IMG/VR virus record: IMGVR_UViG_3300036793_000151
Coordinates: 1-40,722 of that record
Length of the DNA stretch: 40,722 nt
Direction: 5' to 3' (one strand)
Source of the DNA: a virus
Taxonomy: Duplodnaviria > Caudoviricetes
Shown here piece after piece: positions 25,593-32,867 of the stretch (the first letter of the stretch is position 1; each line of letters starts with the position of its first letter). The translations under genes and the position numbers were made by a program. The notes under the pieces are model-generated. The model worked only from the letters and a program-made list of their open reading frames with translations, was not told where the DNA came from and did no database searches.

Positions 25593-25933
25593 GCTTCCGG
25601 GGGCGTCACGTCCTTCGGGTCGACGAAGGAGTAGGTCGTCTCGTAGGTCATCACAGCGGCCACCGCGTCATAGTCCAAGTCGGGCTCGCCGTAGATCCGG
25701 CGCGACAGCCACACGATCGCCGCGACGATGTCGACGTCCATGTCCTGCGTAGCGCGTTTGACCAGGCCGTTGTAGGTGTAGCCGAGCTGGTCGCGCATGG
25801 CACGCACGTCGAGCGCGGTGAGGTCCTTGGCCGCGATGACGTAACTCGTGCCGTCGACCTCCATCGCGATCCGATGGCCCTGCTCGGCCTCTTCCTTGGC
25901 TTCTGCGCGTTTGCGTCCAGCTGTCGATGCCAC
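25589..25933 (-). CDS. Tail assembly chaperone (gpG-like)
   Basis: GTG start with RBS GAGAGG; ends ...ACG CCC CCG GAA GCA TGA. Confidence 0.82.
   Translation of the reverse strand: MASTAGRKRAEAKEEAEQGHRIAMEVDGTSYVIAAKDLTALDVRAMRDQLGYTYNGLVKRATQDMDVDIVAAIVWLSRRIYGEPDLDYDAVAAVMTYETTYSFVDPKDVTPPEA
25595..25603 (-). other. Programmed -1 ribosomal frameshift site (C CCG GAA)
   Basis: CCCCCGGAA just before the chaperone stop, opening the gpT-like frame. Confidence 0.7.
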
Positions 25934-25944
25934 GGTCGTACCTC

Positions 25945-26415
25945 TCAGTCGCGAAACACTTGGTTGAGGAGTTCGGTGATCTTCACGTCGTAGGCGTTGA
26001 CGATGTCGTCGCCCGAGGCGCGCACGGTGGGGAACACGATGTAGCCGGAGCCCGGGCCGGCACCGCGCCAATCAGGCAGCGCGTTGTAGCCCTTGTACGT
26101 GCCGCTCTTGCGCTTGCGTTCGACGTCGTGGCCGGCGCCGAACTCGGCACCCATCGCCCACGGCACCGCCGACGTGGCGGTCATCTTCACCGACGCGCCG
26201 CGCTGCTCGGCGGCGGCCTTGATCGCGCTGGCCGCCTTCGCGGACTGTGGGCCTAGGCCGGCCGCGCGGCCGCGCGCCTTGTCGGCGACCAGCTGCGCGA
26301 CGGACAGGTTGACCTTGCGGAGCTCGCGCGGCAGTTTCGCGTCGAGCGCCCGCAGGTCGGCCTGCAGTTGTTTCAGGCCATCGATCTGGATGGCCTGCGT
26401 ACGGGAGGTGACCAC
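25945..26415 (-). CDS. HK97 gp10-like neck/tail completion protein
   Basis: IQIDGLKQLQADLRAL...VPWAMGAEFG motif. Confidence 0.75.
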   Translation of the reverse strand: MVTSRTQAIQIDGLKQLQADLRALDAKLPRELRKVNLSVAQLVADKARGRAAGLGPQSAKAASAIKAAAEQRGASVKMTATSAVPWAMGAEFGAGHDVERKRKSGTYKGYNALPDWRGAGPGSGYIVFPTVRASGDDIVNAYDVKITELLNQVFRD

Positions 26416-27647
26416 TAGGGCGTGGAGTCGGCCGTCACGTATGCGATGGTCAGCGCATCGTTCGTGCCGCCCGGGCTGTTGAGCAGCTTGCCGCCGAGCG
26501 GCAGCGGCAGCAGATCCGGGCCGGCCACAACCGGGGAGTCGGAGTCGACGCGCGCGGCGTTGGTGCCGGACGTGAATGTCATCGACGCGAACGATGCCGC
26601 GCCGACCAGGCTCGGCCCGGTGAACGAGGCGACGAAGGTCGCCAGCGCGCCCGCGCGGTTGACCGAGGCGAACCGGGAGTACTGCAGCATGTCGGTGAAC
26701 TCCGCCATGACGGTCCAGTCGAAGATGCGCATCGGGCCCTCGGCCGGTTCACGCTGCAGCGTGTTGGCGCGGATGAAGCGGCGGTCGGCCTTGTAGCCCA
26801 TCGTGCACTTGAGGGTGAAGTCGGAGACGTCGACCGCGACACCGCCGATGCTGACCGTTCCGCCGGCGTAGGTGAGCAGCTCGCTGTTGGTCGGATACGA
26901 CGCCGCCGCGAGCACGACGCTGGTCTGCTCGTCCTGGGCGTCCAACGTCAGGGTCAGCAGCAGGACGCCGTCGAGCGCGCAGGAGAACGTCCAGTCGATG
27001 ATCTTGACACCGGGATAGGTGAACGGCGAGTTGATCTGGGACTGCGTGAAGGGCTTGCCGATCTGCGCCAGCAGCGACTTGCCGACCATCGCGCCGATCG
27101 TCGCGGTGTGCGTGAACACCGAGTCGGTCGGTCCGGTGGTGGCGATGTTGCCCATCAGGTGCTTGAGGATGCGACCGAACTGCTTGGTCTGCACCTCGAG
27201 CACGATCGGGCCGGTCGCACCGGTCCGGTTGACCGCCCACTTGTCGGCCTTCTGGACGCGGTTGTTGGCGCGCAGGCCTGCGGACTCGATGCGCGGGCTG
27301 GTGAGCTTCATGCCCTCGCTGACCATGTCGTAGAAGCGGTCCACTGTTCCGCCGCGGCCGTAGATGCTGGCCACGTAGGTGCCCTGCACGGAGGAGTTGC
27401 CGAGGTTGGTGAGCGTCACCACGGTCGCGGTGGTGGTCGTCGGGGTCTGGTAGATCGTCCACGTCGCGTTGTAGCCGGACGGCGTGAAGCCGGTGAGGGT
27501 GATCGTGTCACCGGGCAGCAGGCCGTGCGCGGACGCGAAGGTCAGCGTGAAGATGATCGGCGGTCCGGCAGACGCGATCGCGGTGGAGATCGCAGGCGTG
27601 GTCTGCGTCTCTTCACAGAAGCCGAGTTGCGAGAGAATTCCGGACAT
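26415..27647 (-). CDS. Major tail (tube) protein with an inserted beta domain
   Basis: SQLGFCEE...YGRG N-terminus interrupted by about 80 aa (HGLLPGDTITLTGFTPSGYNATWTI); YPGVKIIDWTFS tail-tube pattern. Confidence 0.82.
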   Translation of the reverse strand: MSGILSQLGFCEETQTTPAISTAIASAGPPIIFTLTFASAHGLLPGDTITLTGFTPSGYNATWTIYQTPTTTTATVVTLTNLGNSSVQGTYVASIYGRGGTVDRFYDMVSEGMKLTSPRIESAGLRANNRVQKADKWAVNRTGATGPIVLEVQTKQFGRILKHLMGNIATTGPTDSVFTHTATIGAMVGKSLLAQIGKPFTQSQINSPFTYPGVKIIDWTFSCALDGVLLLTLTLDAQDEQTSVVLAAASYPTNSELLTYAGGTVSIGGVAVDVSDFTLKCTMGYKADRRFIRANTLQREPAEGPMRIFDWTVMAEFTDMLQYSRFASVNRAGALATFVASFTGPSLVGAASFASMTFTSGTNAARVDSDSPVVAGPDLLPLPLGGKLLNSPGGTNDALTIAYVTADSTP

Positions 27648-28036
27648 TACTTGCTCTCCTCAGCGTCGGCCGGCTTTGCGGCGTCCTCGGGTCGATCCAG
27701 CACCTCGGGACCGCGCTCGCCCTTGAGCACGGCCTTCTTGGGAGCCGCCTTGTTGGCGGTGGACTTTGTTGCCGCGGCCTTCTTGGGTGCGGCCTTCTTG
27801 GGTGCGGCTTTCTTCATGGCAGCTGGCGTCTGCCAGTTGTCGACCTGGGCGAGCAGCCCGAAGCCCGGGTCGTAGTCCTCGGTCCAACGCTCGCCGGACG
27901 GTGCCTTGCCGCCAACCGCGTCGGGAACCTCGATCGGCACGCCGGGGTGCGCCAGCTCGGCCACACCGTCGATCTCAACCTCATCGTTGTTACCCGTGTA
28001 GACAACCAACATGTAGAGCTCCTTAGTGGTGGGCAT
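27647..28036 (-). CDS. Small neck-region protein with histone-like KKAAP repeats
   Basis: MKKAAPKKAAPKKAAATKSTANKAAPKKA; TGATG coupling. Confidence 0.7.
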   Translation of the reverse strand: MPTTKELYMLVVYTGNNDEVEIDGVAELAHPGVPIEVPDAVGGKAPSGERWTEDYDPGFGLLAQVDNWQTPAAMKKAAPKKAAPKKAAATKSTANKAAPKKAVLKGERGPEVLDRPEDAAKPADAEESK

Positions 28037-28491
28037 CAGATGCGTGCCTTGATGTCGATCTGCGCGTCGATGTATGCCGTGTAGCCCTGGTCGCTGACGA
28101 ACTCGAGGAACTGATTCCACGAGACCGTGAAGGACCAGACGCCCTTGGCGATGACAGTCGGGGTACGGAGCAGCGGGCGCAGCCCGACCGCGATCGCCGA
28201 GTACAGCGCGAAGGCCCGCTCGGTCGCTTCCTGCTGCGTAAAGCCGGGCTTGGAGATGTGGATGGCGAACTTGAGGACGTACTCCTCTTGCATCTTCAGC
28301 TGCCCGTAGGGGGCGTACGCGGTGTTCTCCGGGCCCGAGTCGCCGATCCAGATGTGCTCGTGCTCGAGCTTGGCAATGCCCGGGTCGCCGTAGCCGATCG
28401 TCACGCCGTCGAGGTCGGGGAAGTTCCTGAAGATCTCGAGCAGGTTGACCTTCGCGGCCGGCACGGTGGAGACCGCTGGTGCATCCGTCAT
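28036..28491 (-). CDS. Tail terminator-like protein
   Basis: 151 aa, between head-tail adaptor and tail tube. Confidence 0.6.
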   Translation of the reverse strand: MTDAPAVSTVPAAKVNLLEIFRNFPDLDGVTIGYGDPGIAKLEHEHIWIGDSGPENTAYAPYGQLKMQEEYVLKFAIHISKPGFTQQEATERAFALYSAIAVGLRPLLRTPTVIAKGVWSFTVSWNQFLEFVSDQGYTAYIDAQIDIKARI

Positions 28492-29447
28492 CGGACTCCG
28501 CCGTGGAACACCGAGTACCGCTGCGGGTCCAGGTTCAGCGGCCGCGTCGCGGCCTTCATGCCGGCGCTGCCGCGCTCCCGGAATGAGTACCGGTCATAGG
28601 CTGCGTCGACGTCGGGGATGCCGGTGGAGAAGGCGTCAGCGGTCGCCAGCTTGTAGGACTGGCCGTTGTCGGCAGTGAACGTCGTGGCCCGCTCGTTGAC
28701 GCCGGAGACCTCGAAGTTCAGTCGGGAACGCAGCCGGGTGAGCGATGCCCGGCGCACGTCGGCCGGTGGCTGATCCCAGCCGTGCTCGTACTCGATGACG
28801 ATGTTGCCGCGGCCCTCGTCGAAGAACCCGAAGTCGGTGCGGTGCAGCATGCCGTCGGGATCCCAGCGCAGGCCTGACAGTTGCGCGGCGGTGAGCGCGG
28901 TGAATTGCGTGCCGCCGGGGATGGGGTAGATCTTCACCGAGCGGACGGTGCGGATCATGTTCGCGCCCAGGATGATCTCCGGGGTTGCGAGGCCGTCGAG
29001 GATCTCGCGGCGATACCGCGGCACGAACGCGACGTCGCAGATCCGTTCGGCTTCCTCCTCGACCTCCTGGCGGGTGCTGAGTAGCAGCGCGTCGGGGTAT
29101 TTAGCGGTGTCGGCGATCAGGGAGTTGTTGGACGTGCGCGCGTCGCTGATGCTGAAGTAGTAGCCGCCGACGATCTCGTGCTTCGTCGTGGTGACGCGGC
29201 CGTTGCCGGCGTCGGTCCAGACCGCGGTGAGCAGGTTCAGGGCCGCGGTCTGCGCCGCTGTCAGAGTCACCGTGTAGACACCGGTGTTCGGCGAGGTCGT
29301 GGCGGTGCCAGCGGCCAGCACCACTGTCCCGTCGGCCTGTGTGACGGCCACGGTCAACGCGCCGGACGCTGCCACTGGAGTGCCGTCCTGATCGGCGAGC
29401 GTCATGTTCAAGACCGCTGGGGTGCCCTGCAGAACTCGTTGCCGCAC
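28488..29447 (-). CDS. Head-to-tail adaptor with N-terminal Ig-like domain
   Basis: EVEEEAERICDVAF...NIVIEYEHGWDQPPADVRRA adaptor pattern after a beta-rich N-terminal domain. Confidence 0.78.
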   Translation of the reverse strand: MRQRVLQGTPAVLNMTLADQDGTPVAASGALTVAVTQADGTVVLAAGTATTSPNTGVYTVTLTAAQTAALNLLTAVWTDAGNGRVTTTKHEIVGGYYFSISDARTSNNSLIADTAKYPDALLLSTRQEVEEEAERICDVAFVPRYRREILDGLATPEIILGANMIRTVRSVKIYPIPGGTQFTALTAAQLSGLRWDPDGMLHRTDFGFFDEGRGNIVIEYEHGWDQPPADVRRASLTRLRSRLNFEVSGVNERATTFTADNGQSYKLATADAFSTGIPDVDAAYDRYSFRERGSAGMKAATRPLNLDPQRYSVFHGGVR

Positions 29448-29457
29448 GACAACCTCC

Positions 29458-29760
29458 TTACGGTCGGATGGTGAGAGTGCCGGCGGCGCGTTTCACGCCG
29501 TTGCCGAGGCTGACCCAGATCTCATAGGTGCCCGGCGTCAGGGTCGCGGTGCCGGTAGGCCCGACTGAGCACTTGGCGTAGTAGGCGGGCCCGGGCCACG
29601 TCTCCCAGGTCGCGGCGAAGTACGTCACGGTGCCCGCTGCTGGTGCGAATCCCATCTGCACCGCGTTGCCGGTCGGATCGGTGGGCACGCCGTTGGTCAG
29701 AGTGGAGACGGGGACGAGGACCGGTTCGGTGTCGGTGACGGACATGCTCACATCGGTCAC
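29458..29760 (-). CDS. Small beta-rich structural protein (BppU-like)
   Basis: VGPTGTATLTPGTYEIWV pattern; structural region. Confidence 0.6.
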   Translation of the reverse strand: MTDVSMSVTDTEPVLVPVSTLTNGVPTDPTGNAVQMGFAPAAGTVTYFAATWETWPGPAYYAKCSVGPTGTATLTPGTYEIWVSLGNGVKRAAGTLTIRP

Positions 29761-29770
29761 GAGCTGCTCC

Positions 29771-31294
29771 TCAGAGTTTCGGCCGTCCGATCTTGGTCGC
29801 CGTCCGCGGCGGCCCGGCGTGCCATTCGGTACGGGGCCGCTGGGTGGTGACTCCGCCCGCTCGTGGCCTGCCCACGAACCAGATGAGCCGAGGTCGGCCG
29901 GTGTCCCAGATCAACCGCGGGGAGCCGACCCAGGTCTGCAGGAGCGCGCCTGTGATGAGGCTGCCTGCGAGCGTGACCGTCTCGACGTCGAGCACTGTGA
30001 GCAGCGCGAACATCGTGTCGAGACCGGCCGCGCTGACGGTGCTGGTCTCCACGATGGGGAGTAGGGCCAGGTGCTGGATCGCGGATGCGACCGTGACAGC
30101 TGCAACCTCGGTGGCCGCGATCGCTCCGGACTGGCCGGCCTGGGTGCCGACCGTGACGAGCTCGCCCTCGACGATCGCCGCGGCGCCGCTCGTCGAGTCG
30201 GTCCCGGTTGCTGCAACGGTGTCCAGCTCGAGGACACTGATCGCGCCGAGCTCGGTGCCCGTGCCGCCGAGGCCGACGGTGGACACGCTGGCGATCGCCA
30301 CGGTCGCGCTGGTGGTGTCCTGGCCGGCGAGGGTGACGGTGTCCAGCTCGGCGATCGCCTCGACGCCGGAGATCGTGTCCTGGCCGGCCACGCTGACGGA
30401 GTCCAGGCTGATCGCTGCCGCCGTGCCGGTGGTCGAATCCAGGCCCGCCACGGCCACGGTGTCGACGCTGACGGGCGCTATCGGCCCGCTGGCGGTGTCC
30501 GTACCGGCGAGGGCGACGGTGTCTGTCTCGGTGACAGCCGGCGCGCCCGTGATGGTGTCGCTACCGGCCAGCGCGATGGTGTCGACCTCGACCGGGGCGA
30601 CAGCGCCGGTGATCGTGTCAGCGCCGGCCACGCTGACTGTGTCGACCTCGGTGGCAGGTATGACACCGGAGTCGGTCGCGCCGCCGGCGGGTGTGATCGC
30701 GCCCAGGAACGACTTCATCACGCCGGAAGTCGTGTAGGTGAACGTCTTCGTTCCGGTGGCGCCAGAGCCGGCCGCGTCAACGGTGGCGCAACAGGTCTCG
30801 ACGGTGTTGCCGCTCTGCCTGCTGGTCATTCCCGCAGGCATCGTCCAGGTGCCGGCGCCCACCGCGAAGTTCGATGCGAAGCCGACGAGGTCGGACCCGG
30901 TGGTGGCCACCGTGCAACCAGGGTTGACGCTGGTGGTCGAGTTGGCCGAGCCCTCGATGGTGCCTGGTGCGACGTCGAACGGATCGCCCGAGGTCACCCG
31001 GCCGGACAGCAGCACGCACACTGCGCCCCGATAGGCCGAGACGTGGGTGAAGGAATACGTGCCGGTGTCGGCCGCGGTCAGCCGCTTCCAGAACACGTCG
31101 ATCCGGCCGCGTGTGGTGGACGTGGTCGCCAGCGATGTCTTGAGCGTGAACCCGGTCGGCGGGGTGACCGTCGTCGCGCTCTCCATGTAGTACGCGACGA
31201 GGGCGATGTCGTTGATCGCCGCGCCGGTCGGTACCGGGACTGCGCCGTTTACAGCAGTCGTGGAGGCCAGGATCGCGCTAGAACGGAATGCCAC
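29771..31294 (-). CDS. Repetitive fibre-like virion protein
   Basis: N-terminal beta domain then about 12 repeats of about 21 aa (GxxAxxExDTVxxAGxDTxx). Confidence 0.75.
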   Translation of the reverse strand: MAFRSSAILASTTAVNGAVPVPTGAAINDIALVAYYMESATTVTPPTGFTLKTSLATTSTTRGRIDVFWKRLTAADTGTYSFTHVSAYRGAVCVLLSGRVTSGDPFDVAPGTIEGSANSTTSVNPGCTVATTGSDLVGFASNFAVGAGTWTMPAGMTSRQSGNTVETCCATVDAAGSGATGTKTFTYTTSGVMKSFLGAITPAGGATDSGVIPATEVDTVSVAGADTITGAVAPVEVDTIALAGSDTITGAPAVTETDTVALAGTDTASGPIAPVSVDTVAVAGLDSTTGTAAAISLDSVSVAGQDTISGVEAIAELDTVTLAGQDTTSATVAIASVSTVGLGGTGTELGAISVLELDTVAATGTDSTSGAAAIVEGELVTVGTQAGQSGAIAATEVAAVTVASAIQHLALLPIVETSTVSAAGLDTMFALLTVLDVETVTLAGSLITGALLQTWVGSPRLIWDTGRPRLIWFVGRPRAGGVTTQRPRTEWHAGPPRTATKIGRPKL

Positions 31295-31315
31295 GACGCA
31301 CCCCTCGGCTTTTGC

Positions 31316-31738
31316 TTAGCCCATCTGGTCTGTGAGGGAGCCGATCGGCACCACCACGGTGTCGCCGAGGTTGACCGCCTTGCTGCCGCCGGTGACCGAC
31401 GCGTAGGACAGTTCCTTCGGAGTGCCCGTGGAGTCGACCGCCTTACAGCCGGCCCAGGTCCCGGCCGGCGCGTTGGTGATCTGCGCGGCGTTGGTCGAGG
31501 CCGTCACTGCGCCGGTGGCGTTGTTGGTCGGCGCGCCCATCGTCAGACCGGAGAAGCCGGTGCCCGCGGTGTAGCCGGCAGCCGTCGACCATTCGGTGTC
31601 GGTGCCGTTGTTCGCCGTGCGGACCACGGACAGGAACAGCACCTTGATCGGGCCGGTCACGGCGTAGGCGGTGCCACCGTACTTCGCGACCAGGTAGCGG
31701 TTCGCCTCGGCTGACGGTGCCCCAGAAGTCCCGGACAT
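31316..31738 (-). CDS. Structural protein (fibre/collar-associated)
   Basis: Thr/Gly-rich beta protein ending KAVNLGDTVVVPIGSLT; RBS AGGAGG. Confidence 0.7.
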   Translation of the reverse strand: MSGTSGAPSAEANRYLVAKYGGTAYAVTGPIKVLFLSVVRTANNGTDTEWSTAAGYTAGTGFSGLTMGAPTNNATGAVTASTNAAQITNAPAGTWAGCKAVDSTGTPKELSYASVTGGSKAVNLGDTVVVPIGSLTDQMG

Positions 31739-31741
31739 GGC

Positions 31742-31984
31742 TCAGGCCTCCTGGGTGGCGCCGGCGTAGGTGCTGGTGATGTGCTTGCGCAGCTTGTCGC
31801 CGCGCACCCCGGACTTCGCGACCTCGACGATCGCAAGGTTCTGCGCGTTGAGCACGTCGAGGATGAAGGCGGGCGTGCAGTCGTGGTGGAACTGCTGACG
31901 CCCGTAGTGCAGCTTCGGGTGGTCGTCGTTCTGCCCGCAGCCCTCGCAGCGGTAGAACACATGCACGCTCGCCTTGTCAGCCAC
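31742..31984 (-). CDS. Small Cys/His Zn-binding protein
   Basis: CEGCGQNDDHPKLH...HHDC; GTG start with RBS GAAAGG. Confidence 0.7.
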   Translation of the reverse strand: MADKASVHVFYRCEGCGQNDDHPKLHYGRQQFHHDCTPAFILDVLNAQNLAIVEVAKSGVRGDKLRKHITSTYAGATQEA

Positions 31985-32096
31985 GTCGTCGCGCCTTTCG
32001 GGAAGCTGCGATCTTCTTGCGGTCGCGTTTGGGCCGACCAACGGTGGGCACCTTCTCCAGGCGTCCACCGCCGGTCAGCGGAAAGCCGTACGGCAT
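31977..32096 (-). CDS. Unannotated 39-aa highly basic peptide
   Basis: MPYGFPLTGGGRLEKVPTVGRPKRDRKKIAASRKARRRG; RBS AAGGGGA; stop overlaps the next start region; fills the gap. Confidence 0.6.
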   Translation of the reverse strand: MPYGFPLTGGGRLEKVPTVGRPKRDRKKIAASRKARRRG

Positions 32097-32109
32097 GGGA
32101 TTCCCCTTA

Positions 32110-32385
32110 TCAGCTGAGGAAGATGGAACCTTCGACGGTGCCGATGATGACAGCGAAGATCCCGTTTACGAACCGGGTTCCGTCGCTGAAGTCGCCACGA
32201 TCGTCGGTTCCCTGGGGCAGCTGGATCGTGTCCAGCAACGTCCCGGACCCGGCGGTGTTGTCGAACAGCTGGACCACCGCCGGCGCTGCACCGGTCGTCT
32301 CTCGGACCGTGAACCCGCGGTAGAAGCCGCTGCCGGTGGCGAGTTGCCCCGCCACCAGCGGCTTCGGGGTTGAGGGTGCGGCCAC
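32110..32385 (-). CDS. Small beta-rich head accessory protein
   Basis: VVQLFDNTAGSGTLLDTI...GTRFVNGIFAVI; GTG start after the upstream stop. Confidence 0.7.
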   Translation of the reverse strand: MAAPSTPKPLVAGQLATGSGFYRGFTVRETTGAAPAVVQLFDNTAGSGTLLDTIQLPQGTDDRGDFSDGTRFVNGIFAVIIGTVEGSIFLS

Positions 32386-32387
32386 GA

Positions 32388-32801
32388 CTACCGGATCACG
32401 TAGTCGATCTCGACGATGCACGCCGGGATCACGACGCCGGTGCCGGAGTGGATCCGGCTGACGGTGAGCACGTCGCCGGCGTTGGCCACAGCGTCTGCCG
32501 CGGTGCCCGACAACGCCATGACGTCGGCCACGAACGCCGTCGAGTTGACCGCCGCCCAGGAGCGGCCGAGCGGCAGCGCCGCGCCGGCCGCGGCAGCGCC
32601 GCGGTTGCGGACCGACAGGATGCTGAAGTTGGTGACGTTCGCGACGACCGCGGCCAGCGGGATGACCCGGCCTGCCTTGATCGTGGCGTTGGTCGGCAGC
32701 ACCGCGACCGGCGTCTCGTCGTCGGTGGCGGCTGAGGCCATCGCCGCCGGGATGAGTGCCCGGATCGTGAGGACCCCGGGGGTATCGGCTAAACCTGGCA
32801 T
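32388..32801 (-). CDS. Capsid decoration/cement-like protein
   Basis: Beta-rich 137 aa directly after the major capsid gene; RBS GGAG. Confidence 0.65.
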   Translation of the reverse strand: MPGLADTPGVLTIRALIPAAMASAATDDETPVAVLPTNATIKAGRVIPLAAVVANVTNFSILSVRNRGAAAAGAALPLGRSWAAVNSTAFVADVMALSGTAADAVANAGDVLTVSRIHSGTGVVIPACIVEIDYVIR

Positions 32802-32825
32802 GACAAAACTCCGTTCAGTTCTGGT

Positions 32826-32867
32826 TGAGCCCCGACGGTCCGCCGGGGCCGGGAGCCGTCAGGCTCA
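32826..32867 (-). terminator. Hairpin immediately after the capsid gene
   Basis: UGAGCC-U-GACGG...CCGUC-GG-GGCUCA imperfect stem overlapping the stop; no U tract. Confidence 0.45.
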
